Numbered from the stretch's first letter, positions 53,719 through 63,814 are shown. The stretch: DNA of 64,000 nucleotides from an uncultured Acidobacteriota bacterium (GCA_963770895.1 CAVYRF010000002.1:4320001-4384000); one strand, 5' to 3'. The notes: generated by a model not told the origin, from the letters alone. A program made the numbers and translations.

Positions 53719-55836
53719 ATGACCAAAACGCGACGCAGCTTCTGCGGCGGCAGGGTCTGCCTGGCCGCTTTGGTGTTTGCCGGTGCGCTGGGCGCGGCGG
53801 GGCGGGCGGACGACCTGCCGCACGACCGCAACGACTGGATCGAGGCGCGGACTGCCAACTTCCTGATCTGGAGCGACGCAGGCGAGCGGCACACGCGGGA
53901 GTACGCGGCCGACCTCGAGCAGCTGCGGGCGGCGCTGGCGCAGCTCGATCCGGGGCTGGGAGCGGCGGCGCCGGTGCCGACCTACCTGTACGTGTTCAAG
54001 AACCGGTTTGCGCTGGCGCCCTATCTGCCCCTCTTCCAGGGCAAGCGCGAGGAGCTGGCGGGGTACTTCGAGCCGCGGCCCACGGCGAACTACATGGTGA
54101 TGGACGGCGATGCGCGCGGTCCGGGGGCGCAGATCGTCTACCACGAGTACCTGCACTTCCTGCTGCACAGCCGCTACGCGCACCTGCCGCTGTGGCTGGA
54201 CGAAGGTCTCGCGGAATACTTCAGCAGCTTTCACATCGCCGAGGGGGAGGCGCGGCTGGGCCTGCCGATCGAAGAGCACATTCGCTGGCTGCGGCAGAAC
54301 ACCCTGCTGCCGCTGCCGCAGCTGGTGGCGATCGACCAGCATTCCAAGGACTACCACGAGGGCATCCACCAGGGGGTCTTCTACGCCGAGTCGTGGGCGT
54401 TGACCCACTACCTGATGGTCGGCAAACCCGAGCGGCGGAGCCAGCTGGCGCAGATGATGAAGCTGATCGAGGCCGGCACGCCGCAGGACAAGGCGTTCGC
54501 CCAGGCCTTCGGCGACGTCGCGAGCCTGGACCAGGAGCTGCGGGTCTACGTCAACCACCACGTGTTCAACTTCGAGCGGATGCCGCTCAAGGGTGCGGCG
54601 GACGACGGCGTGACGGTCAAGCCGCTGCCGCCGGCCCAGGTGCTCTACCACCTGGGCGACCTGCTGCTGGGCCTTGAGGGTCAAGAGCCGGCCGCGGCAG
54701 CCCACTTTCGCGCCGCGCTGGCGGCCGATCCGCAGAGCGCCCTGGCCGCGGCCGGCCTGGGCCAGGTGGAGGACGCGGCACACCGCTGGCCGCAGGCGCT
54801 GGCGGATTATGAGAAGGCGGTCGCTCTGCTGAGCCCGGCGCCGGGGGCGGCGGGCGGGACCGGCCCCGCGGAGGCGGCGTTCCTGCACTACCTGCTCGGC
54901 AGGAGCCTGCTCAACCAGGCCAGCCAGGACGTGGCGCCGGCAGCCGGCGCTTCCGGCGACGGCGCCGCGGGCGACGGCGCGCCCGGCGGTCGGGACCACG
55001 AGGGCGTGCGCGCCGCAAGCGAGCTGGCGGCCGCCACCCAGCTGGCGCCGGATTTCGGCGAAGCCTGGGCGCAGCTCGGCCTGGCGCGCCTCGCGATGAA
55101 GCCGCCGTCGCCGGACGCGGTGGCCGCCCTGGCCACGGCCCACCGGCTGCTGCCGTCGCGCTACGACGTCGCGCTCAACCTGGCGGCGGCGTACGCCAAC
55201 GCCGGCGAGCGCCCCAAGGCCGAAGCGATGGTCGAGCGGGCGCGTCTGGCGGGCGCCCCGCCGCAGGACATCGCACAGGCACGCAGGAACCTGCTGCTTG
55301 CCGACTACAACGCCGCCGCCAAGCGAGCCAACGCCGGCGACCTCGCCGGCGCGATCGTCATCCTGCAGCGGCTCGCCGCCACCACCGGCGCCGGCGCCGG
55401 TTCGGGGGGGGCCGGCGGCGGCGACGACGGCTTCCACCGCCAGGTGACGGAGCGGCTCGACCGCCTGCGCCAGGCGGCCTCCCGCAAGACGTATGGGGAT
55501 GCCTACAACCATGCGGTCGAGCTGGCCAACCACGGCGACCTCAAGGGTGCCGCGGCGCAGCTCGAAGCCCTGCTCGCCGGCCTGCCTGCAAACGGCGCCA
55601 CGCCCGCGGCCCCCACCGCTCCCGGTGCCGTCCCAGCCGCCAGCGCCGCCGGCGTCGCGCCCGTGGCCCCCACCGCGCCCGGCGCGCCCGCCGCCGCCAG
55701 AGCCGCCGGCGCCGTGCCCGCGGATGCCGTCGTTCCAGCCGGCGCCGCCGCCATGCCTGTGCCCGACGACATCGCCGACATGGCGCGGCAGATGCTCGCC
55801 AAGGTGAAGGCCGCAGCGGCCCGCCGCAAGCCCTGA
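53719..55836 (+). CDS. Secreted DUF1570-like (zincin HExxH) protein with TPR repeats
   Basis: Signal peptide-like N-terminus; WIEARTANF, HEYLH and PLWLDEGLAEY; TPR-like helices (FRAALAADP, YEKAVAL). Confidence 0.75.
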   Translation: MTKTRRSFCGGRVCLAALVFAGALGAAGRADDLPHDRNDWIEARTANFLIWSDAGERHTREYAADLEQLRAALAQLDPGLGAAAPVPTYLYVFKNRFALAPYLPLFQGKREELAGYFEPRPTANYMVMDGDARGPGAQIVYHEYLHFLLHSRYAHLPLWLDEGLAEYFSSFHIAEGEARLGLPIEEHIRWLRQNTLLPLPQLVAIDQHSKDYHEGIHQGVFYAESWALTHYLMVGKPERRSQLAQMMKLIEAGTPQDKAFAQAFGDVASLDQELRVYVNHHVFNFERMPLKGAADDGVTVKPLPPAQVLYHLGDLLLGLEGQEPAAAAHFRAALAADPQSALAAAGLGQVEDAAHRWPQALADYEKAVALLSPAPGAAGGTGPAEAAFLHYLLGRSLLNQASQDVAPAAGASGDGAAGDGAPGGRDHEGVRAASELAAATQLAPDFGEAWAQLGLARLAMKPPSPDAVAALATAHRLLPSRYDVALNLAAAYANAGERPKAEAMVERARLAGAPPQDIAQARRNLLLADYNAAAKRANAGDLAGAIVILQRLAATTGAGAGSGGAGGGDDGFHRQVTERLDRLRQAASRKTYGDAYNHAVELANHGDLKGAAAQLEALLAGLPANGATPAAPTAPGAVPAASAAGVAPVAPTAPGAPAAARAAGAVPADAVVPAGAAAMPVPDDIADMARQMLAKVKAAAARRKP

Positions 55837-55944
55837 GCGCACGTTTTGCGTCGCCGCCGGGCGGCCACCGGCCGCTGCCGCGCGAGCCGTGGGCGGCGCC
55901 GCCGGCCACCCTGCCGAGCGAACGGCTGGCTGGCGGACGGCCGG

Positions 55945-58398
55945 TCAGTTGAGGCGGAAGAGTGCCGACGGGTTGGCGCGCGCCGCCTTGTAGGCGGGGC
56001 GCAGGATCGCCGGCAGGGTGAACAGTGCGATCAGGCAGGCGCCGGTCAGAAAGACCAGCGGATCGTAGGGGTTCACCTGGAACAGGATGCTTTCCATGGC
56101 GCGCGCCAGGCCGAGCGCGCAGGCCAGGCCGGCGATCACCCCCAGGGCGAGCAGCGTCAACCCCTGGCGGACGTAGTGGCGCAGGATCTGCGGCTGGTCG
56201 GCCCCCACCGCCATGCGGATGCCGATTTCGAAGCCCTGCTGGCGCACGGTGTAGAGCAGCACCGAGTAGATGCCGACGATCGCCAGCAGCAGCGCCGAGG
56301 CGGCGAAGAACATCAGCAGGAAAGTGTTCAGGCGGATGCCCGCCTCTTCTTCGCGGCGCAGCTGGACCATCGTCTTGACGTCGAACACCGGGATGTCGGG
56401 GTCGATCGGCTGCATGATCTGGTCGAGCGCCAGCCGCGTCGCCGCGCTGTCGCGGCGCAGGCGCAGCAGGATCGAGGCCGTGCGCGAACGCACCTGCAGG
56501 AGCGGCAGGTACATGTCGCGCTTGAAGTCGTGGTCGGCCTGGATGCGGCCGTGCTGGTCGACGTCGGCGACGACTCCCACCACGCGCACCCAGCGGTTGT
56601 GCGGCGGCCCCAGCCAGAACCGCTTGCCCAGCGGGTCCTGCGCCGGCCACAGGGCGCCCGCGGCGGAGCGGCTGAGCACCGCCACGCGGTCGGTGTGGGC
56701 GTCGTCCTGGGCGGTGAAATCGCGCCCGCGCAGCAGGGCGAAGCCCATGCTGGAAAGCAGGCCGGGGCTGGTGCGGTGTTCGTACACCTTGAACTTTTCC
56801 TCCGGCACGTCGAGCGGCCGCCCCTCCGGCACGATGAACTGGTAGTAGAGGCCGTAGCCGAGCATGCCGGGGGCCCAGATCCCGGCGTCCGCCACGTCGG
56901 GCAGCGACTTGGCCTGCTGGATCACCCGCCGGTACAGCTGGTAGACCGGCTCGTCGGTCTGGTAGCGCGCCGGCGGCAGCTCGAAGCGCGCGGTCAGCAC
57001 GCCGTCGACGCGGAAGCCGGGGTTGCTGTCGATCAGCGCCAGCAGGCTCTTGATCATCAGCCCGGTGCCGATCAGCAGCACGACGGAAAAAAAGATCGCC
57101 GACACGCCCAGCAGGCTGCGGGTGAAGACCGTGCTGGCCGAGGCGGTGTGCCCCTTGCCCAGCGATTGCAGCTCTTCCTGCAGGTCGACCTGCATGCTCT
57201 TGCGCGCCGGGATGACGCCGATCAGCAGGCTGATCAGGATCGCCAGCGCCACCGCCACGGCCAGCGCGCGCAGGTCGACGCTGAAGTGGACGAAGCCCGG
57301 CAGGTTGTAGGCGGCGGCGCCAAACTTGCTGAGCGCCGAAACCGCCGCAAAGGCCGCCGCGACGCCCAGCGCGGCGCCGCCGGCGCAGAGCAGGGCGCCT
57401 TCCAGGATGAACAGGCGCACCAGGCGCACCTGGCTCACCCCCAGCGCCAGGCGCAGGGCGACCTCCTTGCGCCGCTCGACGGCGCGGATCAGCAGCAGGT
57501 TGGTGACGTTGGCGCAGCCGACGAGCAGCAGCAGGACCGAGCCGATCAGCAGGGTGAGCAGCGACACGCGCATGCTGTCGAAGTCGAACTGCAGCGTGCG
57601 CAGCGGCTGCACGACCAGGGTGTAGCCCTTGTTGCTGGCCGGGAAGGCCAGCGCCAGCTGGCGGCAGACGCCGGCCATGTCGGTCTGCGCCTGCGCCAGG
57701 GTCACCCCCGGCCGCAGGCGCGCGATCACGTCCAGCCAGCGCACCGCGCGGTCGTCGACGTAGCCCGGCCGCTGCGCCAGCCGGGCGACGGTGACCGGCA
57801 CGTACAGGTCGACGTCGGGGTAGATGTCTTCGAAACCGCGCGGCAGCACGCCCACCACCTGCAGCGTGAGCCCCTGCAGCCGCACCGCCTTGCCGATGAT
57901 GGCGGGATCGCCGCCGAAGCGGCGCTGCCACAGGCCGTGGCGCAGCACCGCCACCAGGATGGGGCTGGCGCGGTTTTCGTCGGCCGCGTCAAAGGTGCGC
58001 CCGAACAACGCGCGCACTCCCAGCAGGTCGAAATAGGACGCCGATACGAACGCCGCGCCGACCCGTTCGGCGCGGTTGTCGGCCGACAGGTTGAACTGCA
58101 TGCCGATCGAGGTGGTGGAGAGCTGCTCCAGGGTGCGGCTGCGCTCGCGCCAGGACTCGACGTCCAGCCACGACGACGAAAAGGTCGAGCCGTCGCGCTC
58201 CACCTTCATGCGCACTCCCACCAGCCGGTCGCCGTCGCGGTAGGGGAGCCTGGCCAGCAGCGCCGAGCTGACGACGCTGAAAATCGTCGTGGTCGAGCCG
58301 ATGCCCAGGGCCAGGATCAGCAGCACGGCAAGCGACAGGCCGGGGCGGCGGCCGAGAGCCCGCAGCGCATGACGCACGTCGTAGAGGAGCATGCCCAT
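55945..58398 (-). CDS. ADOP-family duplicated ABC transporter permease (MacB/FtsX-like)
   Basis: LALGIGSTTTIFS, LLVGCANVTNLL, RRKEVALRLALG, EIGIRMAVGA and RPAYKAARANP; two periplasmic/FtsX halves. Confidence 0.92.
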   Translation of the reverse strand: MGMLLYDVRHALRALGRRPGLSLAVLLILALGIGSTTTIFSVVSSALLARLPYRDGDRLVGVRMKVERDGSTFSSSWLDVESWRERSRTLEQLSTTSIGMQFNLSADNRAERVGAAFVSASYFDLLGVRALFGRTFDAADENRASPILVAVLRHGLWQRRFGGDPAIIGKAVRLQGLTLQVVGVLPRGFEDIYPDVDLYVPVTVARLAQRPGYVDDRAVRWLDVIARLRPGVTLAQAQTDMAGVCRQLALAFPASNKGYTLVVQPLRTLQFDFDSMRVSLLTLLIGSVLLLLVGCANVTNLLLIRAVERRKEVALRLALGVSQVRLVRLFILEGALLCAGGAALGVAAAFAAVSALSKFGAAAYNLPGFVHFSVDLRALAVAVALAILISLLIGVIPARKSMQVDLQEELQSLGKGHTASASTVFTRSLLGVSAIFFSVVLLIGTGLMIKSLLALIDSNPGFRVDGVLTARFELPPARYQTDEPVYQLYRRVIQQAKSLPDVADAGIWAPGMLGYGLYYQFIVPEGRPLDVPEEKFKVYEHRTSPGLLSSMGFALLRGRDFTAQDDAHTDRVAVLSRSAAGALWPAQDPLGKRFWLGPPHNRWVRVVGVVADVDQHGRIQADHDFKRDMYLPLLQVRSRTASILLRLRRDSAATRLALDQIMQPIDPDIPVFDVKTMVQLRREEEAGIRLNTFLLMFFAASALLLAIVGIYSVLLYTVRQQGFEIGIRMAVGADQPQILRHYVRQGLTLLALGVIAGLACALGLARAMESILFQVNPYDPLVFLTGACLIALFTLPAILRPAYKAARANPSALFRLN

Positions 58399-58710
58399 GG
58401 TTCAAGAAGGCCTATGCCGTGAAGGTTGCAATTTCAGCTCGCCCGGCGCCCACGCAGCACGGCGACGCGCAGGCTCGCCGGGTTCCGGCGCCGGCCTAGC
58501 GTACCACCGCGCCAGCGTGGAGACGCCGGCTGCGGCCCTGGCCGAACAGGGTCCTGGGGGCGGCGCCGTGCGGCCCGCGTGCAGCCCGTAGCGCGGCGCC
58601 TGCGGGAGTCCGGCCCGCGCGGCGGAGGGCCCCCGGGCGGGCCGCGGTCGCGGAGCCCGGGGGCGGCGGCCGGCTGGGAGCCGGCCGGTGGAGCGGCGGG
58701 ATGCGGCCGC

Positions 58711-59355
58711 TCAGGGGTCGAGGCGGATGCGGAAGTCGGAGCGGTTCCCCCACGTCGGCACGAAGTTGCAGGGCACCGGACCCACCATCGGATTGACCAT
58801 CCACGACAGGATGGCGCGGGCCGGCAGCGCCTGGCCGGTGTACTGCTGGTCCATCAGCGTGGCGTTCGACTGGATCACCGCGGCAAAGTCCCAGTTGGGC
58901 GCCAGGGTGGAGTCGTAGACGTGGAAGCCGTTGACGTTGATCGGCACCAGTCCGGCGCCGAAGTCGACGCAGAGGAGCACGAACTCCCAGCTGCCCGAGG
59001 CCGCGCAGATCATGCCGCCGAAACCGGTCGGCTGCCGGATCTGGATGGGACAGGTGGCCTCCTTGCGCTGGGGGTTGTAGCCGCAGGCTTCGATCGCCTC
59101 GAAGCTGGTGTTGCTCCCGCCGGGGTTTGTGATGCTCTGGTTGTACGGCGCGCTCAGCTCGGCGCCGCTGATCGGCGACAGCAGGCAGCTCGCCATGGTT
59201 TCCGAGATCTGGTCGGTCGGTTCACCGCTTTCCACCGCGGCCTCGATGTTGGCGCGGTTCTGCGGGCAGGTCGCGGTCGTGGCGCGCGCCGCGAGCGGGG
59301 CGAGCAGACCGAGTGCGAGGAGCGCCAGCACGGCGCCAGGAGAGGATCGGGACAT
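58711..59355 (-). CDS. Secreted Cys-containing hypothetical protein (214 aa)
   Basis: Signal peptide-like N-terminus (LLALGLLAPLAARA), 7 Cys, RBS AAAGGAG, C-terminal RAILSW...PTWGN. Confidence 0.75.
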   Translation of the reverse strand: MSRSSPGAVLALLALGLLAPLAARATTATCPQNRANIEAAVESGEPTDQISETMASCLLSPISGAELSAPYNQSITNPGGSNTSFEAIEACGYNPQRKEATCPIQIRQPTGFGGMICAASGSWEFVLLCVDFGAGLVPINVNGFHVYDSTLAPNWDFAAVIQSNATLMDQQYTGQALPARAILSWMVNPMVGPVPCNFVPTWGNRSDFRIRLDP

Positions 59356-59396
59356 ACAAGTCTCCTTTCATTTGACAAATCAACAAAGACAGCATG

Positions 59397-59425
59397 ATAG
59401 TGAATAAAGAAATCGTCTATGTCAA
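59397..59425 (-). promoter_or_regulatory. Putative sigma70-type promoter for the 58711-59355 gene
   Basis: Minus strand TTGACA-N17-CACTAT in an AT-rich stretch ~40 bp upstream of the ATG. Confidence 0.45.
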
Positions 59426-59815
59426 TATGTCGCTGAGCTCACGGAGCGATCCCGGCCTGAACGACGGCGGAGCCGGCAAGATCGTGCTGCCGCGGCGCTG
59501 CGGTAGGGGGGTATGGAACAATACCCAGGAGAGGCTTTTGCAGCGTGCAAGAAATCGATCGCTGGTGGTGAAAAGTCCGCCCAGCACGGAATTTTTCAAC
59601 AGCGCAATGCGGATACTTTCCCAGCGTCGCGCCCGTTAGTGCCCTGACCACTCAGACCGTTGGGTTTTGATCGCCCGTCAGGGTTAGTAGGTCGATGTGC
59701 ATCTCGTCGCGAACCTGTATGCCTTGAGATCACTGCGGGCGACTCCATGGATGGGGGCGCAGCGCAGGGGTGCAAGCAGCGACAGCGGGCGGCGCCAGTG
59801 GGCCTGCGGGCCAGG

Positions 59816-60286
59816 TCACTTCGCCAGGGGCGGCGGCTCGGCGGCCAGCGCCATGCCGGCAGACGGTGCGGAATTGTGACTGATCACCTGTGGGCAGCGG
59901 CGGCAGGCGGCGGCGCCTTGCTCGCCGAACCAGCGGCAGGTGGGCCGTAGAGCGCACGCCGGCAGGCGATCGGCGACCGGCGGCAGCAGCTGCACCAGCC
60001 TGTCGCCCAAGGAGCACCGCGAGTCGGCGAAATGGCTGCAGGCGCCCTCCGCACAGCGGCCGCCAAAGCGGAAGATTGCGCCGGGATCGACCGTGCCGGA
60101 GAGAGCCAGCAGGTCGCCGGTCGGGCGGACCTGGCGTTGCAGATAACCCACCCGCGGCTGCTCCACGGTACCGGCGATGACGCCGAAGATGACCGCGCCA
60201 TCGCTGTCCGGGCGCGCGCTCGGGCAGGACAGCGGGCGTGAAGATGGTGAGTGCGCGTAGTCAATGTTGTTGGTCGTGTCGTCCAT
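59816..60286 (-). CDS. Cys-rich hypothetical protein (156 aa, 8 Cys), possibly metal or Fe-S binding
   Basis: CPSA...FRFGGRCAEGACSHF...C...LPACALRPTCRWFGEQGAAACRRCPQV; GGAGG RBS before the ATG at 60286. Confidence 0.75.
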   Translation of the reverse strand: MDDTTNNIDYAHSPSSRPLSCPSARPDSDGAVIFGVIAGTVEQPRVGYLQRQVRPTGDLLALSGTVDPGAIFRFGGRCAEGACSHFADSRCSLGDRLVQLLPPVADRLPACALRPTCRWFGEQGAAACRRCPQVISHNSAPSAGMALAAEPPPLAK

Positions 60287-60581
60287 CGCTCGTCCCTCCG
60301 CGTGGCCAGGGCAGGCCGCGAGCCGAAGCCGCCGCCGCTCGCCGAGACCCTCGACGGCCGGCGGCGTGTTCACCGGTGGGGCCGGCTGCCCGCGCTGCCT
60401 TGCTACGCCAGGAATTTCTAGTGGCCGGTATCAGTGAAATTGGTAGCGGATGGCGCCGCCATTCGGCGGCGCGGGCCAGGCGCGCCGACACAGGCATAGT
60501 CGAACCTATGTCGAGGAGGCGCAACGCAGCCCCCGCCGTCGAGGGCAAGCCAGGCGCTGCCGATTTCTCTGATACAGGCCA

Positions 60582-60830
60582 CTAGCCTTCGGATGCCTCT
60601 TCGGCCGTTTGGACCTGGACGAAGGGGGAGGGAGGATGAATGATGATGCCAACCCAGATCGGAGGGTGATAGGGCCGCACGCCTCCGCCGCTGCCGGGCG
60701 CCTGCAGAGCGCCCCGCTGTGCGGCCCTGGTCGCGGCTTCGATCAGGTCCTCCAGGGTGATCCGCGAAGCTTCGGATCGCGGCGGCGGCAGGGGGAGCGT
60801 GGGGGAGTCTGGTTCCTCTCGCTGACTCAT
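60582..60830 (-). CDS. 82-aa small protein, RiPP precursor-like
   Basis: Strong RBS AAAGGAG; amphipathic ITLEDLIEAATRAAQR segment, Gly linker, hydrophobic PPIWVGIIIHPP. Confidence 0.6.
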   Translation of the reverse strand: MSQREEPDSPTLPLPPPRSEASRITLEDLIEAATRAAQRGALQAPGSGGGVRPYHPPIWVGIIIHPPSPFVQVQTAEEASEG

Positions 60831-61084
60831 GGGATTTCTCCTTTCATCTCTCGAAAGGCGTCCGGACGCCGCGCTGCGTTACACGCTGGGCGGAGACGAA
60901 AGGCGAAATCCGCTTTCCCCACCTGTCACCCCTGACCAGCCAGGCCGGTCCAGCGGTCGCAGCCTGCTACAATGCTTGTAAGCAATCAAGAGAGCCTTTT
61001 GCACCGGCGCCGGAAAGAGCACGATGCCCGCTCCGCGAGGCGCCCCGCTCCGCGATCTGCCACCTGCTACAGGGACTACCTCCA

Positions 61085-63814
61085 ATGCCCGGCGCTCCGC
61101 CCGATCTTCCGCCCGCTCCGACGCCCTCCGCGGCGCCCGCTCCGGCGCTCTCTGCGCCCTTTGACGTTCTCCTGAGCTACAACCGCCAGGACCAGGCACT
61201 GGCGATGGAGTTGGCCAATGCCCTCCGTGCCCGCGGCCTGCGGCCCTGGATCGACGAAGCCGAGCTGATCCCGGGCCGCCGGTGGCAGGAAGCGCTGGAA
61301 CGGGCCCTGGGGCAGGTCTGCACGACGGCGGTGCTCTTCGGCAGCGACGGTCTGGGTCCCTGGCAGACACCGGAGATGCGTGCCGCCATCGACGAGAGCG
61401 TTCGCCGCGGCCTGCCGGTCATCCCTGTGCTGCTGCCCGGCGCGCCTGCACGGCCCGAGCTGCCGCTCTTCCTACGCGACTTCACCTGGGTCGACCTCCG
61501 CCGCGGCTTCACCCCCGACGGCCTGGACCGGCTCCATTGGGGCATCACCGGCGTGAAGGCCGGCGCCGGCTCCGCGACAGGCCTGCGGGCTCCGCGCGGT
61601 CCGGCCCGCCACAGCCTCCCGTTCCTGTCGCTGGACGCGCTTTTCACCGGGCGCGAGCAGGAGCTGCTGCACCTTGCCGCGGCCCTCGACAATGCCGGCG
61701 CCGCCGCCGTCGGCCAGGACCAGTTGCTCTGCGGCCTGGGTGGCATCGGCAAGAGCCGCCTCGCGGTCGAGTACGCCTGGCGCTATGGCGGCCGCTACCA
61801 GGCCGTGCTCTTCGTGCGCGCCGACTCGCGCGACGGCATGCGCCGCGGCCTGGCCGCCCTCGCCGCCGCCGACCTGCTGGACCTCCCCGAGCGCCAGGCG
61901 TCACAGGAGGACGAAACCGTTGCGGCGGTGCTGCGGTGGCTTCGCGATTCGCCCGGCTGGCTCCTGATCCTGGACAACGCCGACTCCCAGGAGGCCGCGG
62001 CGGCCGTCTCGGAGCTGCTGCCCCGCCTTGCGGTCGGCCACGTGCTGATCACCTCGCGCTGGACCCGCTGGGGAGCAGCGCTCCACGGCCAGCCTCTGGC
62101 CCCCCTGACGCGTGCGGAAGCCGCCAGTTTCCTGGACCGGCGCACTGCCGGCCGCCGCAGCCCGCGCCCCGACGATCCCCAGGCCGCCGAGCGCCTGGCT
62201 GCGCTCCTGGGCGGCCTCCCCCTGGCCCTCGAGCAGGCCGCCGCCTACATTGGACAGCGCCGGCTGAGCTTCGCTGCCTATCTTGACGCCTAGCCGGCCG
62301 AACGCGACAAGGTGCTCTCCTGGTACGACCCGCTGGTCATGGCCTATCCCGAATCGGTGGCCGTGACCTGGCACCGTAGCTTCGACGGCCTCGCCCCGGC
62401 TGCCGCCGCGCTCCTCCGCCTGGCCGCCTTCCTGGCCCCCGATCCCATCCCCGTCGCCCTGTTCGAGGAGGGCCGCGAGCTTTTCGACTCCGCGTGCCAG
62501 CTCCTCTGCGACGAAACCGACCAGCCCCGACCGGCGGCGCCCGCCGCTCGCGACGCCTTGGCCGACCTGGACGCCTTTAGCCTGGTCGCCTGGATCGAGG
62601 GGACCTTTACCGTCCACCCCATGGTCCAGGAGGTCATCAGGGGGCGCATACCTCCAGACCGCAAGTGCGAGTGGATCGAAGCGGTCCTTCGCCTGGTCAA
62701 CCGCCATGCGCCATTCGATGCTGACGACGTCCGCACCTGGCCGGTGTGGGACCTCCTCCGTCCCCACGCCGCGGCCGTCCTCGACGGTGCGGAAGCAGCC
62801 GCTCACACCAAGTCCGCGCCTCGGTTGATGAGCCAGCTGGCGTTGTATCTCTTCGCCAAGGCACTGTACGGCGAGGCCGAGCCTTTGATGCGCCGTGCCC
62901 TCACGATCGACGAGGCCAGCGTCGGCCCCGACCACCCCACGGTCGCCAGAGACCTCAACAACCTGGCCCAGCTGCTCAAGGCCACGAACCGCCTCTCCGA
63001 GGCCGAGCCCCTGATGCGCCGCGTCCTCGCGATCGACGAGGCCAGCGTCGGCCCCGACCACCCCACGGTCGCCATATGCCTCAACAACCTGGCCCAGCTG
63101 CTCAAGGCCACGAACCGCCTCTCCGAGGCCGAGCCCCTGATGCGCCGCGTCCTCGCGATCGACGAGGGGAGCGTCGGCCCCTACCACCCCTCGGTCGCCA
63201 TAGGCCTCAACAACCTGGCCCAGCTGCTCAAGGCCACGAACCGCCTCTCCGAGGCCGAGCCCCTGATGCGCCGCGTCCTCGCGATCGACGAAGCCAGCTT
63301 CGGCCTCGATCACCCCGAGGTCGCCAGAGACCTCAACAACCTGGCCCTTCTGCTCCAGGCCACGAACCGTGTCTCCGAGGCCGAGCCCTTGATGCGCCGC
63401 GCCCTCGCGATCAAAGAGGCCAGCTTTGGCTCCGACCATCCAAAGATCGCCATAGGCCTCAACAACCTTGCCCTTTTGCTCGAGGCCACGAACCGTCTCT
63501 CCGAGGCCGAGCCCCTGATGCGCCGCGCCCTCGCGATCGACGAGGCCAGCTTCGGCCCCGATCACCCTACGGTCGCCCTCCGGCTCAACAACCTCGCCCA
63601 GCTTCTCCGGGTCACGAACCGCCTCTCCGATGCCGAGCCTCTGATGCGTCGCGCCCTTGCGATCGACGAGGCCAGCCTCGGCCCCGATCACCCCACGGTC
63701 GCCATTGACCTCAATAACCTCGCCCAGCTGCTCCTGGCTACGAACCGTCTCTCCGAGGCTGAGCCCCTGATGGGCCGTGCCCTCGCGATCGAGGAGGCCA
63801 GCATCCGGGCCTAG
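61085..63814 (+). pseudogene. TIR - NB-ARC/STAND ATPase - TPR protein interrupted by one in-frame TAG at 62291-62293
   Basis: TIR FDVLLSYN...WIDEAELIPG...GPWQTPE; Walker A GLGGIGKS; Walker B LLILDNAD; GGLPLALEQAAAY. ORFs 61085-62293 and 62312-63814 share a frame with a single stop between them. Confidence 0.8.
62873..63800 (+). repeat. 126-bp (42-aa) TPR tandem repeats, ~7.4 copies
   Basis: EAEPLMRRALAIDEASxGPDHPxVAxxLNNLAxLLxATNRLS units start at 62873, 62999, 63125 and so on. Confidence 0.92.

Noticed and set aside
59394-59950. Short ORFs in the AT-rich intergenic region (59394-59639, 59417-59599, 59660-59950)
   Set aside because: No RBS, atypical codon usage and no motifs; more likely regulatory DNA.
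62291-62293. Amber recoding (pyrrolysine or alternative genetic code)
   Set aside because: TAG is the evident stop of several other genes here (ending 534, 43313, 51255, 52636, 60582), and no pyl genes are in the window.
49483-63800. CRISPR interpretation of the tandem arrays (49483, 52527, 53572, 62873)
   Set aside because: No unique spacers between constant repeats and no cas genes; two of the arrays are in-frame coding repeats.
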